In this document: one piece after another, positions 35,903 through 50,400 of the stretch
Layout: each line of letters begins with the position of its first letter
Numbering within the stretch: the first letter of the stretch is position 1
Assembly (NCBI RefSeq): GCF_030028105.1
Contig: NC_092396.1
Location: forward strand, 40,610,068-40,674,067
Direction of reading: 5' to 3'
Origin: Mobula birostris
Taxonomy: Eukaryota
Length of the DNA: 64,000 nt
Position numbers and translations under genes: made by a program
The notes under the pieces: generated by a model
Seen by the model: the letters and a program-made list of their open reading frames with translations, nothing else
The model's database searches: none
Told to the model about the DNA's origin: nothing

Positions 35903-37429
35903 CAGTTACTGGCTTCACATCTACACCCAGCATCATTGCTGCAGGCAAACAGTGTTGTCCTGTAAACAGTGCTAGGATGGGAAAGCAAGCAATTGTCACT
36001 ATTGTGGAAGTTACTTCAGATTTTGAAATCCTTTTGGGGAGATCATCTAGACTATGGACATGTATTGAAATAGATTTGATTCCAAAGTCTTTTGCCAAAA
36101 TGTTTTACTTTACCAGTGGCTTACCATTGTTTATTGCTGCTGATGTGAATGAGCTCCGATACGATACAGCGCACATGAGAAGTATTAACGTTACAATATG
36201 TTTGTGCACTTGCATTCTGTTTAGCGATTAGTTGTGGCAAATGCTGGGGAGTAGGGATGGAGTGTGTGTGTGTGTCCCACACCTTGAGCACATCTTAAAT
36301 TATTGCTTGATCAAACCATGTGTTCTTCCTTCAGTGTTGTCCCATCTATAATATCCTTATTTGAAACAACAGTGATAGAACCTGGGTTTCTTGACCGTGC
36401 ACCCTGTTTGTAATCTGTCCTGCTGATCTTACTTTCAAACCATTTCAACTTGTTGGCCTGTTTATTCTCTGGAGTATAGACCAATCAATATGAAGCTCAA
36501 ATGTTCATGACTCTGAATATTTGAACATCAATATCTTGTGTATATACAAGAAGCTCAGAAGTAGATGGAAGTGCACTTTTGAGAAAGTTCCCAGACTTCA
36601 CTGGAGACAGACATTGTCTCCAAAAATTAAGAATTTTTAATTCAAGTGTGTGGTCTATTGTATTCCACCCTTTACGTTGACCCAGCATCAGGAACAAAGT
36701 AAATAAGCTTAAGAGACAGATCTCTTCAGATTTTGTGCTGATGTTCAATTTGAATAATGCATGTATTTATTAAAGTTTGATTTCTGTGGTATTAATTACC
36801 TCGTTTTTCTCTTTCCACTGATTTCTTCCTATACTTGGCATGCTAATTTGTTCACTGTCACAGATAATAGCTGAATCAGCAGAAATATTCCATAACTGTT
36901 TATTTGCCAGTTCAAGCAGTATTCACAGTACATTAAAGAGTAGATTTTTACTGACAGTTATTTAGTACAGTCTTTCTTTCCTGCAACAAACCTTGTGTTG
37001 TTCTATTGATTTGAGGGAAGGGTGAGGAGGCAATTAACATGTAAAACTATTATAGGATCAAGCTTCAAGAGGAGCAGAAGCAACACCCAAAATTTTGGTT
37101 GTAAGGTTTTAGATGGGGTAGAGAAAAGAGAAGGGTGGCTTTGAGGGTGTGATGAAAGGAGCAGAAATATCTTTGAAGAGGTTTTGTACCATTCAAGACA
37201 AGTGAAACAAATACAAATACAGATAGCGTATGAAACACCCTGGTTTCCTTGGCTGTGTAAGTCTAGGGGAGACGCTCTCAAGTCCCACCAAACTCATGAG
37301 ATTGAGACAGCTCGTCCCACCCCAAACCCTGGTTTGTGTGGATGCTGTGTGATTTGCTCCCCTGTTACAAATTAGTACCACAAAATAACAGGCAGTGCAC
37401 TGCATATGATGAAAGGAATGACATTTAAA

Positions 37430-37775
37430 GATTCAAAGGTACAACTTACTATCAGAGAAATGTATACAATGTACATCCTGAAATGCTTTTTCTTTGCAAC
37501 CATCCACGAAAACAGAGTGCCCCAAAGAATGAATGACAGTTAAATGTTAGAACCCCAAAGTCCCGCCCCAGCTCCCCTCCCTCCTGTGCGTAAGCGGCAG
37601 CAAGCAACAATCCCCCTTCTCCCCCACCCCACCAGCAAAAAAAAAGCATCGGCACCCAGTATTCAACATACCGCAGGTTCTCTCTCTCCCTGATAAGGGA
37701 GAAAGAGGTGTCTCCAATTTCCCACCGAGCGGGAAGACATAACAAACAACTCGCTGGTTTACGATGATAAGAGGC
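37430..37775 (-). mobile_element. Non-autonomous LINE-like repeat; longer copy at 50205-50890
   Basis: Shared block gagtgccccaaagaatgaatgacagttaaa.gttagaaccccaaag in both copies. Confidence 0.7.
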
Positions 37776-37859
37776 TGAAAGCAGAACAGAGCTGCTAAAT
37801 GAAACCTACAGCATAACAGTAAAGATGTGAACCAGGGCTTTACATATATCTGGTAAGAG

Positions 37860-39270
37860 AATTGCTGCTTAGCAATGCCACACCTCCACCTTTTTTGCCT
37901 CCCTGCCTGTTCTTTTTAAAACATCTGGCACTCATTCATGCCCTTGAGTCATTCAAGTTGTTGTAATGGGCACCGCATCATAGTTCCATGTTTTGATCCA
38001 TGTTCTAAGTTCATACGCCTTGTTTATGATACTCCTTGCATTAAAATACACATCTCAAACCATCGGGTTGAGTGCATCTTTGCTCTATCATCTGCTTATC
38101 CTTCCTCTCAAACTCTCTACAAGCTGTCTCTACTTGTGCGCCAACTGCCCCATCCTCTGCCTCTTCACTTTGGTTCCCACCCCCCTGCAAATCTAATAGC
38201 ATTGGCAAACCTCCCTGCCAGGATATTGGTCCTTCTCGGATTCAAGTGCAACCCGTCCTTTTTGTACAGTTCCCAATGATCCAGAAATCTGAATCCCTGC
38301 CCGCAGCATCAATCCTTCAGCCACGCATTTATCTGCCACCTTATTCTATATTATTCTATTCCTATACTCACTATTGCATGGTACAGGCAGCAATCCCAAA
38401 ATTACTACCCTTGAGGTCCTGCTTAGCAGCTTCCTTCCTACTCCCACTATTCTGCTTTCAAGACCACCTCCTTTTTCTACCTATGTTGTTGGTAGAACAG
38501 CCTCTCACTGCTCACCCTCCCTTTACAGGATATTGTGGAAGTGTTCAGAAACATCACAACCCCTTGGCACCTGGGAGTCAAACTACCATCCGTGTTTTTT
38601 TTGTGACACAGAATTGTCCATCTGTATCCCTAACTATAACATCCCCTTCTGAGCCACAGTGCCAGAGGCACAGCCATTGTTTCTTCCCCTGGGTAGGTTC
38701 TCTCCACCCCCCCCCCCCCAACAGTACTCAAATCGGAGGAGTTAAGGTGAAGTTAATAAGGTGAAGAAATAAGGTGGAGTTATTGTTAAGGTGAAGGGCC
38801 ACGGGGGTACTCTCCACTACCGGACGTGCTCTCTTCCCTCTCCTGACAGTCACATACTTATCTGTCTCCTGTGGCCCCGATGTGACTACTTGCCTGTAGC
38901 TCCTATCTATCACCTCTGCACTTTCCCTAAGAAGGCAAAGATCATTGAGCTGCAGCTCCAGTTCCCTAACTCAGTCTCTAAGGAGCTGCAGCTCGATGCA
39001 CTTGGCACAGATGAGACCATCAGGGAGTCTGGAAAGTCTCATGGATATCCCACATCTGACACAGAACAGAGAACTGGCCTTGCAGTCATACCCACTATTA
39101 TTAAGTTAGAAGGAAAAAGAGATATGAAAATAACTTATCTCCTTACCTCGCTGAAGCCCAGATGAGCCAAAGCCCTACTACTCTGACTCGTGCTACTCCT
39201 ATGGCCGCTACCTTTTATCCCCGACAAGCTACTGCGTCTGCGCACTTCTCCCAATCGAATCGCCTGCGAA
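37860..39270 (-). mobile_element. Degenerate CR1 5' region (ORF1 and start of ORF2)
   Basis: Homologous to 9280-10500, for example gagctgcagctccagttccctaac and VTVRRGK...ESTPVA. Confidence 0.85.
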
Positions 39271-39338
39271 AGAAACTGCTTGCTTATTGCACACATTTAG
39301 ATTAAAGTCTATTGTATTCTCTTAAAATTGATAATTAA

Positions 39339-39521
<183 letters not shown>

Positions 39522-39639
39522 TAATGAAAATGTCTCCTAAACTTGGCATTGATTTTAAGAAAGTACGGGGGGAATTGGAGAACAATAAGTTGCTAAGATG
39601 TGATGGCCTGCCTCAAGAAAATTCCATTGTTTCTTGAAC

Positions 39640-40450
39640 TGTTTTCACAGTTTGGAAAGTGGTGAGTATAAATCTGCTATTTAAGAAATGATAGAAAGAA
39701 AAATATTGAACCTTGGATCAATTAACCAGAAAACTCTGGTTGAAAAAGCTAATATATTTTATTATGGAAAAGGTACCAGGGCACACGAGGGGGAACAAGA
39801 TGGTTAATAACAATTTTTGAAAGGGTAATTGTGTCTCTCAGCTTTGGTAGTTTTTGAAGTTGTACATAGCCTGATGAGGGGAAATCAGTAGATGTTGGAT
39901 ATCATGACTTTCAGAAGGCATTCCTTAAAGTGCACATGGAAAATAGTTCAACAAAAAATTCCCCATTTCTAAAATAAAATTGGAAAATATTAATTATCAC
40001 TTGCTGATGATGACCTGTTGATCATTGTAGAAGGAAACACCATATTTACCAACTGTCTTAATGATACTGGCAGTATGCAAGACCCATTGCACTAGATCCT
40101 TTTTCACATGGCACTGCATGGAACCTCGTCATATGGAGTCTATAGATATCAGAATTTAGAAAAATAAAAAGTGATTGCATTGAAGTATACAAAATCATTA
40201 CAAAACTTGGTAGAAACAAAGCAGAAGTAATTCGGCATATAGGTGTGCCCAGAAACCTGATGTCAAAGTAAAGACTGGCAATTCTCAGAGGGGGTGTGGA
40301 GAAATTTCTTCACTTCAAGGTCAGTAATATTTGAAATTCTATACTCGTGGTTGTCGGTAGTCAGATTTTTTGATATTAGGAGAATCAAGGGATATTGTAT
40401 TCATAAAGTGGTTCTGAGGTCGGCTGTTATCTTATTGGGTAGTTGCAAGA
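39640..40450 (+). mobile_element. Very old CR1 remnant
   Basis: Degenerate RT blocks such as gactttcagaaggcatt and gaagtatacaaaatc...agaaatttcttcac. Confidence 0.5.
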
Positions 40451-41461
40451 GGCAAAATTTAAATCTTAAATTGTAACAGACTAACCCTCAATATTGATCT
40501 TGCTTGTATGATTTTGCGGTTTAAAACAAGTCAATCCACACTACTAAATGTTCACTAGATGTTTTGAGAATATACAAGATTCACTAAACCAGTTGAAATT
40601 TGTCTATGTAGAGCAATGAATTGTTGGTATTCCAAAATATTGAACATTTGGTTTGGTGCATTATCTTCCAATGGTGTCTATAGTGATCCTGTCCTCTAGC
40701 TGCATCTTACTTTCCAATTGCCCAAATTATTTCATGCTGTTTTTGATGCAGAGTTTCTTTAAATGTGGCCTTTTTTAAATAATGCCAACACAATAAATAG
40801 CTTTTGACTGATTGCATATAATAAGCATGTTAAACACATGAATGTTGTTGTAGTTGATTTTCTGACTGCCTACACAGTATGCATTTTATGCAATATGTAA
40901 GATATACTTTTGCTTAAAGATAGTCATAGAGCACAGAAGCAAGCCCTTTGCCCAAATGGTCAATGCCAACCTTGATTCCCATCTAATCTAGTCCCATTTG
41001 TCCAAGTTTGGCTCATATCTCTCCAAATCTTTCCTATCCAAGTCTTAATGTACCTGCAATGACCCATTCCTCTGGCAGTTCATTTCATAAACTGACCGTT
41101 CTAGGTGGGGGGGGGGGTGGAGTTGTCCTCTGGTTTCTATTAAGTTGTCCTAAAATGCTCCCCCACTGACACCTCAGTCACGGGTCCAGCTTCTTTTTCC
41201 CAAGGGTAGGTCAAGATATGCCCTCTCCCTAGAGCCTTCAACATATTGCCTAAAGTAACTTCCCTGAACACTGAACAAATTCCACCCCATTTAAGGCATC
41301 TTGAGTTGTATTTTTTATGTAACTGTATGTTTACTGCTATCTTGTATGTACGATATGACTATTGGTACTGTGTTTTGCATCTTAGCCCCAGAGGGATGCT
41401 GTGTTGTTTGGCTGTATTTATGGGGATTTGTGTAAGGTTGAATGACAATTAAACTTGAACT

Positions 41462-41980
41462 TTCTAGGGAATTGTGGTCAGATGCCTTGCAATTCCTGTA
41501 CCAGATGGTGATGCAGCTGGTCAGGGCACTCTGTATGGTCTTCCTGTAAAAATTGATTAGAATGGGGGTGGGGTGGGGTTTTGCCTCACTCACCTTAATC
41601 TCTTCAAGAAGTAGAAACACTGCTATGCCATCTTGACAAAAGGATGTTGAGGGACCAGATGAGGTCGTCTGTTATATGCACTCAGAAATTTGGTGCTTCT
41701 AACTCTATTTGCAGAGAAGTCCTTTATGTGCAGTGAGGAGTGGTTATCCTGCACCTTTCTGTGCTCCACAATCAACTCTTTGGTCTTGTCCATGTTGGGA
41801 CTCAAGTTGATGTGCTTGTTCCATTCCATCGGTTGCTCTGTCTCCTCTCTGTCTGCTGTCTTGTTGATGAAGCCAACCAGAATAGTGTCATCAGTGAACT
41901 TAATGATTCAGTTTCAACTGCATCTAGCAATACAGTCATGCTTCAGTGGCATGAACAACGGCAGGCTGAACACACACATT
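41462..41980 (-). mobile_element. Rex1/Babar-type fragment
   Basis: KTKELIVEHRK and FYRKTIQSALTSCITIWY. Confidence 0.75.
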
Positions 41981-42059
41981 TATAGAATATCTTGAGGAGT
42001 GTGGACATCAGTAAGATATTCTCTATTCAATGTAATACTTTTAAATTGTAGTTACTATT

Positions 42060-42473
42060 CGTGGCTATCCTTTGAGGTCAAGGATGATGGTCTTCGTCCT
42101 GAAGAAGTGGCCAACAGAGCGAAGATGCCTGTGCGTGTATTTGTTTAACATGTACTTGATGTTGCACTCCAAGAAGCTCACAATACTTCACAAATCAACC
42201 AACTGATTCCAACGGCATGGAAACCACGATGATTGGAGCTGATGGATTTGTTGCAGCCTTTATCTGCCTTCACAGCCATTGAGTTCGAAGTAACTTCGTC
42301 CATCTGTTCCACCGTTGAGGTCTTGGTTGGATTGTTCTTTGTCAGGGACCTCGCCCTGGACTTTACCACCATGGGTGACCCTACCAGGAGCATAGCTCCA
42401 GGCGGCATTGCTCTCAGGATCACAGGACCACACAAGCTTCTCCACCATGACAAGGTGACAATCCACGGAGAAG
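42060..42473 (-). mobile_element. Short non-autonomous RTE (Rex3/Expander-like) derivative with TSD
   Basis: Minus-strand 5' end caccttgtcatggtggag...ctggtagggtcacccatgg resembles RTE 5' UTRs. 15-bp TSD ATTGTAGTTACTATT / ATTATAATTACTATT (2 mismatches). Confidence 0.7.
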
Positions 42474-42827
42474 ATTATAATTACTATTTTAATATGTAAT
42501 TATTATTATCACTTAAGAAACCACCGAAACTAATTTCTTAGCAGAGGAACACAAATAGCATTGTCAAATGACCGGACTTTTCTGGTGATTGAGGGATGGA
42601 TTTAGATTGGGGGAAGATAAGAGAACTTTGAATTGTTTCATGGAATCTTATGTAAATACCTGAGTGGGGATTGCTTCATTAGAGCATCACTTTGCCACTA
42701 GTGTGCACAAGTGCAGTATTTTTCAGGAAAGTTATGCCCACAATTTACTAAAGTTGCCTTTTTGTGTATATTCTTAAATGTGATTAAAATATTTTGTAAA
42801 TACTGTTTGTTTCTTGTTATATTTTAG

Positions 42828-42956
<129 letters not shown>

Positions 42957-45900
42957 TGAATATCTTTAATGGGACTTGGGGATTGCACAGTGGTCCAGAA
43001 TTTACACTCACTTATGCTCCCCACAAAGATACAGTAGTTTTTGTGCCAAGAGTTTCCGGAATTTTATTATCTGGGAGACATCTGTTCACAAGGTTCCTTG
43101 GTGGCCATCAGCTGATGTCATCAAGTTGGCTGAACAGTGGATTCATTTAAAGAATATACGCAAGCAGCAAACTAGGAAGCAATTTTTTAATAATGTGCCA
43201 TACAGGAATCTGTAACCTTAAGTGTTCTAAATGGCTATAAAGTTTAGAGCACAAGATTAAATTAAAAATTGAGATACAAGTTATTTTGAAATGTACAGGG
43301 GCGTTATGATGAGCACAGACAATTAGACTGGGGTACATAATTACTGCTTAGCGAGCCATGAGTTAATTTGCAAAAAAAAAGTCATAAGTGAAATTTTCAG
43401 TATTTTTGCTTTTGCAGTGGACTGTGTCATAAGATAGTTTAAAGGTAAGTTCCTTAATGATTTCAGCTCCATTTGGATGGAAATGACATCAGTACAATCT
43501 ATTGCTGGTTATTTGATCCATGCCAGTGTTTATGCTCCTATAAAAGCCTCCAAGCTGCTTCATAATCTCGTTAACGTGTCATTCTTATGCCTATTCCTTC
43601 ACTTGTTATCCAGCTTAGAACATACTATTTGCAGCAGTTATTATGTGGTATTGAATTCTACATTTTTACCACTGAGCTAGACAATTTCCTCTGAATTTCC
43701 TGCTGAGCTTACTTAGAATGAATCATATGACTGACTTATCTTATTGCAGAGGTCTTATTGGTTATACAGGTGAGGAAAATTGGGAAAATAAGGTTAATGA
43801 ACTTGAAATAATTTTGCCTTATAGTACTATGGAAATGAAATCCATTAATGATCTAACTTTACATGTGAAGCAGCATTCACAGCTGTTGCATTCCCATAGA
43901 GCTTTTTCTCAGTCTTGTTCTTCTTTCACCTGTTCCTACCTGGCTTGGATGTTTCTAGCCTTTTCTGATTTTATTTCATGTTTCCAATATGTGCAGTGTT
44001 TTGGATTTTTATTCCCAAGAACCTACTGGTTGTTCAGTCAGTTTTCTATTGTTCATCATTCCTTGTGTGGGTGGATGGTAGTCAAATCAGTTGGAAAGAC
44101 AAATAGCCTGCTATGTTATAAGAAGATATAGAAATATAACATAAATCAACAAATTACATCTGATTTCAAGAAAATCATTTATTTTGATCAAATATCAAAA
44201 CCTACCTGTCTCGTTGCAAAATGTTGAAAAGCTTCACTGGATCCTATGCAAGTTGGTAATTTGCTTTGCTATAACACTGAATTTACTCGCATTAGTTATC
44301 CCAATCAATGTGTGACAATCTTATTGTAAGGAATAATTAACCTGGAGTGTAGAAGAATGAGTGGTAATCATATAGAGGTATTTGGCTGAGACTAGAACTA
44401 GAGGTCATGGATGCAGGGCAAGAGGTGAAATATTTCAGGAGAGTCTGAGGGGGAGCTCTTAACTGTGAGTTTGGTGTGAGCATGGAATGAGCTGTCAGCA
44501 GAAGTGGTTGATGCAGGAAATTTGGATAGAAACATGAATGAGAGTGGTGTGGGGAGCTATGCTCTGGGTGCAGATGAGCAGAAGACCAACCGGAGTGGGC
44601 TGGATGGGCCAAAGGACTTGTTCCTGTGCTGTGGTGCTCTTTGACTATAACTCTATAGCAATGAGAAATAGCTGTTAATTATAGTGGTTAGATTTCTGAT
44701 GCTTATAAACATGCATTAAGTACGAAAGCAAGAAGCTATGATGAATCTCCCTAAACAGCTAGTAAAGCTACAACTAAAATACTCAATTTTTAATGTTCTG
44801 TTTCAGGAGGATAAGATCTTGTAGAAGCTTGGGAAAAGATAGTCTTAAAAAGATCCTTGAGTTGTCCCCAAGTTAATTAGAAAACGGATTGTTCTTGTGT
44901 CAAAGAAAGTTGAGAAGAGATTTGATAAATAATTAAAACTAAGTGGAAGCTATTCACATTGGTAGATGAGTTGTAGGGGGTGAAGATTAAAGTGTTTAGC
45001 AAAAAACCTGTAGACAACCAGAGAGAAAGTAAATGTCACTGCCTGAGAATTGTGAAAGCGGAAATGATTGTGATTTCAAGAAGAAATTATGTAAGTAATT
45101 TATTTTTCACTGTTGCAGTTTATTTAAATGGTTCAGAGATTGAATGAAAAGCTGGGATGGGTTTGATGTGCTGAATTCCTGCATTCTGTATTGTATGATT
45201 GTGATTCCATAACCTGCGCTTTGGTGGGGGCAAGAGGGGGGATATTCAGCATGCATAGATTTCTATTTGGGATAATGATTATTATATAATAAAGGAACTT
45301 TTCAGATATTATAAAATGTATTACAGGTATTTTATTTTCTCTAATATAAAAATAGAAAATGCTGGAAGAACTCAGCAGGTCAGGCAACATATGTAGGAAG
45401 AGTAACAGAATTAACCATTGAAGTCATTTTGGTGGGGGCATCTGAGTCTTTACAGCATTTTGTTTTTTGAATTTTTATTTTAGATTTCCAGCATTTCTAT
45501 TTCTTTAATTTTACACTTCTATTTTCCTGTTGGTTTTGTAATTTGTATAGAGTGATAAGGAAGTTGCTGGATTAACTGTATTAAATGGTTTTCCTCAGTC
45601 TTCTACGTGGCTCGTACTCTGTACAGATCTACTTCTCTGTTACTGGTAACTGCATAAATTTTATCAATAAATTGAGCATATCAGGGCATAATTTCCATGT
45701 AATACAGAAATTGTTTTACAAACTGGTATGACAGAAATATTTCTGCACAGAATCTGTGTTCTTCAATGATCAATTAAACTGTTTGGAAGTGGTCCATTTT
45801 AGGTTATGATCATTAACTTTCTAATAAGTATATTTAATTCCAACCAAGCTGTCCATTTTCTATTTTTGAATTAATTTTAGTTGTTTTTAGTGAGAAGAAC

Positions 45901-46164
45901 TGAGCTATTTGCCTTTCAAGCATATGTTATTGACTTCAGATGTTCCATGATCTAAAAGTCATTTTGACTCGGTCATGATATGAGTAGGATCTTTATTGAT
46001 GAAGTTATTATCCCAACTTTTCCCACAGCCAGAGGCAAGTTCCTTACCATGCCCTGTTTTCTATTTGTTACACTGGCAAGATACTTACTATTTATTAAGT
46101 GAACATGTGACACTGTGGTACACTTGCATTACTTGAATTTTGAATTTTGTTTTTAAATCTTTAG

Positions 46165-46318
46165 GATGTAATAAAAGTCTCCAAACGATACCTTCCTGGT
46201 ATGGCTGTGGGTTTCTCGAGCCCAAAGTTGAAACTCCATGTTGGTGATGGCTTTGAGTTCATGAAGGAGAACCAGGATGCATTTGATGTAATTATCACTG
46301 ATTCCTCAGATCCAGTAG
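46165..46318 (+). CDS. SRM: Spermidine synthase exon 4
   Basis: ctttag|GAT...GTAG|gtacg, 154 nt. Encodes [51 protein letters not shown](G), including the catalytic DSSDP. Confidence 0.97.
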
Positions 46319-47383
46319 GTACGAATACTGAAGAGTCCAACTGGCAATGAGTGAAGATGAATGGCTGCTGGATTCCAGCAGCTTTCCTGAAGAAGTGGAA
46401 GTATTCTCAAATGTTTAAAGAGTGGATATCTTGAGAATAACACCCTCCTGATATTTGACTGCATCTCATGATCTTAACCGAACTTAATAAACTTGTTGAT
46501 GAAAGGTCAATTTGTAGTTCTCTGGTCTTTGGACAAAAAATTATTTGGAAGAGCTAGGTTCAGAATATGGTAAATAAATTTAGGTCTGTCAGAATATTAT
46601 TCTTCAGTTGAAATGTAGGATTTTAGAGAAAGCTCAACACATTTGAAAGTTCAGTTACTATTACCCAGTGGATGAGCCTACATTAGTCATTGGTGTCTAT
46701 CATGCAAACTGCTTGTAATCATTGCCACAAGCTGTTCCATGCAATGATGGGTGTAAGATGGCACTTTATGTATTTTGTCCTTAGCTGATTGAACTGTCTG
46801 GTTCTAATTTACCATCATCTTTAAAACATTAACATATTAATTCAAAAATGTCTCCTTCCAGTCCTTTAGCCTAAAAGGAGCCCTTCTATTAATATGTAAA
46901 TATTTCAGTAGAATATTGAGCTATGTCATAATGCAGAAGAGGCTTTATTCAAGTGCAGCTATGTACCTCTACTGCTCACAAAAATGGTCTGACTTTCGTG
47001 AGTACCAGTTTTTCTAAATTAGCCTGAACTTCTTCAGTGACTGTTACTAGTGGAAGCCTTGCATTTTATGTAAGCTTTGAAGGCTAGATGGTTACTGATT
47101 TATTGCTGATAGTCCATAATGTTTAGCACCTGTCATTGCACCCTTAATTCAGCTATTCTAGGAATAAATGCATTTTCCATTTCTCCACACCAAGAGCTTG
47201 TTAATTAAGGTCCAGTTATATTTACCAAATTACTAAGTGGGTGAAAGGGGCATGAGGTCAACTGTATAAGTATGAAATATGCTTGTAATTAATGATCTTT
47301 TTAATCTATGCACATCTTATTTGTTCTACTATCTTGTTAACTGATGTTCTTGCTCTTTTACTTTTCTTTCATCTGACTCCAAG

Positions 47384-47467
47384 GTCCCGCTGAGAGTCTA
47401 TTTCAAGAATCGTACTATCGACTGATGAAGAATGCATTGCGTGAAGGTGGAATCCTTGGTGCGCAAG
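47384..47467 (+). CDS. SRM: Spermidine synthase exon 5
   Basis: ccaag|GT...CAAG|gttag, 84 nt. Encodes [28 protein letters not shown](G). Confidence 0.96.
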
Positions 47468-50400
47468 GTTAGAAGTTGGTATTTTTTTGCATATAGAATT
47501 TGTGCTTTATTATTGTTTCCTGATGCTCCGAATTTTATTTTTTCTACCTTCCAACTTGAAGTAGTGTATATAATTAAATCTTGTTTTCTTAATCGTATTT
47601 TCCTTAATAAACTATTTTTAAAGTTGTTTATCATGGGGATATGAAGCTGTTGTTTTAATTTCCATTTCACTTGGTAAATTAAGCTGTGTCACTGAGGCCA
47701 AAAGAATTATGTTTTACTGTAATGCTACAAGCAGTATTGTTTTATGGGCTTTGCCTTCAACTTTGTGCCTTGGGTGACTTTTATTCTATTCAACTCTGAG
47801 TGGTTCAAACCAGGTAAACTGGGTCACCCAGACACCGGGCCCAGATGATGAGATTATCTGACACAATAAACAGTTATAGTTTAGTAGATCATTAACAGAA
47901 ACTTATTGTGTCCACATTCATTTCCTCTGATTAAGTTATCCCAGAGTAAGAATCAGTTTATCAAACAGTTCACAAAATAGTGGCTGCAAATGCAGTCTCA
48001 CAAAATGGCCGCCTCCAGTTCTGTTTACTAATTGTAGTTCTTTCTGGCCACTGTCTCCCTCCTCGATACAAAGATAATTATCGTAAGATCAGTATCCTCC
48101 TCATGTTCTGTTGACTGCCCAAAGGACTGCCATGGACTTCCACTATAGGTGTGCAATACTTAAATTATATAAATGTGGAAGTAACATTTACTTACTGAAT
48201 TTACACACTTTTTATACCAACAGTTACCTCTTCTGTTTTATAAGAGTGTCATCCTCTAAATTTTACACGTTTAGTCTTCTACCTTCTAAGTTGGTATACA
48301 TTAAGCATTAAATTATCAACGTATATAAAATTAGTATTACAGCAGTATGCGATACTATTCTTACCCACAAATGTATTTGACAATTTGATACCCAATTCCA
48401 AACCTTACTTCTAATATTTGAGTACTCTATACTTCATTTGCCTTACCAGCATGTGCTTTAATTACTTTAGTGTGTTTACTGTATTGCCTCCTCCACAACA
48501 TGTGTCCAGTCTGCAGTCAAGTGAGAAACCAGTGGCAACTCAGTAACAGCACAGTCCCACAAATATTGATCCTATTCAGTGTGTTGGATTGTGAGGTTCT
48601 CCTTTGTTAGCACGTCTACTGCTGGCTGAGACAAAGTTCATCTTGCAGATAGCCAGATCTAAAGTCACGTTCCCGATTGTAACATTGTGACTTTACAAAA
48701 GGCACTGTTTCTTTCCCTTGGCCACTGTTGCAATATAATATATCTGTCTCACCAATGCATATTGAAAGAAAGACTGATTATTCACAAGCAAAATAAACAA
48801 TGAACAGTTGTCATAAGTACTGAAACTGCAATTCATAAGTTCCTCTGTATTGTCATTTGTTCTGGTGACCAGTGGTGTTCCCCTTCATGGCATCTTGATA
48901 AACCTTTCCCAATACCATTCACAACAATAATATGTGTTGGTGGGTTACTTAAGGGCATCCAAGTCTTCTATGATATTTGCCCAGATTGTGAACCCTATTC
49001 AAAAGATGTGTTAAATTATTTCCATGTGGAACACTACACCAACACAAAACCTTCCTTTCTCATTGTCACAGCTGCCAGTACTCTTATTGGTTAGTTTAAG
49101 ACTTGTAAGGTGACACAAGGTTACTATTTCTGTGACCAATTCTTTTAGCTGCTTATCTGATACCCAGTTCGGTACTTGATATGCATCAAGTTGTTATAAA
49201 TTTGTGCCAATCATGGCAGAGGCAACCAACTGGTGTATTTAGCACAAATATCAGTCTTGTGTGTTTTCCTAGTAGTGAGTTCTATGTGATCAATAATCAG
49301 GTTTGTTGTGTTTTGAAGGGGCTTTGGAAATTTAAGCAGGTCACTTGGGACACATATTGACCAACCTGATTAGTCTGTATCTGATCTTGATAATTTTCTC
49401 CATTAATATCCCATATTTTCTGCTGGAGGACTGCATCTAGGTTTCTAATTCTACTCTATCTAAGGTCTTGACCATTGCTATCTCTGATGCACAGCCTGCT
49501 CCCAATAATTCCAATAGTCCTCTTTACCTTCTATTTTTGACTGGTTGTCAAAATAATGGGTCACAGAAATAGCATTTCTGCCTAGTTGTCTCCCAAGAAG
49601 ATGACTAAGTAACTGTTTAATTGTAGACAGACACCATTATTTCAGTCAGATTAAAAAAAAGTGTGTGCTGGTATCTTGGTACCAAAATGACAAATTCCCC
49701 TTTATCTTCTGACACTAAATCCACTCCCTCTGTGTTATTCTGGCTCTATTGTAATTTCATTTGCTTGAGGGTGTGGGGTGGTAAGTTTTCTAGCAGTTTG
49801 GTAAACCCTGAAGCGGTCAATCTATGTTGTTTCAACGTCATTGGCTTGAGGTTATCTGACTGACCTGCGTCAGATTCCCATTGTTTGTAGCTCAGGCCTC
49901 TGCCTTCAACTTCGTGCTTTAGGTGACTTCTTTTGTTCTGTTAATTCTAACTGGTTTAATCAACATGAAAATTGCTGAAGGAACTCAGCAGGCCAAGCAG
50001 CATCTATGAAAAAGAGTAAACAGTCACATTTTGGGCTGAGACCTGATGAAGGCCTTGTGTCATGTCAAAAGAAATTCAGATTTTAGAAGTTCAGATAAAG
50101 GTGCTCAACCTGCTTTTCGATAGGCTTATTGTGCATATAAGTTCTGTGTAATAATCTTGTGGAAATTAGTGCTGAAAAACTGTACTAAAATATCTTTAAT
50201 ATGTTAGTTCAATAAGTACATTTAATATCAGAGAAATGTATACAATATACTGCAGTTCTTTTTCTTCGCAAACATCCATGAAAACAGAGGAGTGCCCCAA
50301 AGAATGAATGACAGTTAAACGTTAGAACCCCAAAGCTCCCCCCTCCCGTGCACAAGCAGCAGCAAGGCAATGACCACCCCCTCTGAGCATTCAAGCATGT

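Noticed and set aside
43718-44131. 137-aa ATG ORF in SRM intron 3
   Set aside because: No recognisable domain, and the composition is typical of AT-rich intron sequence.
46364-46382. Palindrome GCTGCTGGA-T-TCCAGCAGC 45 nt after SRM exon 4
   Set aside because: Too short to distinguish from chance, and no snoRNA or miRNA context is evident.
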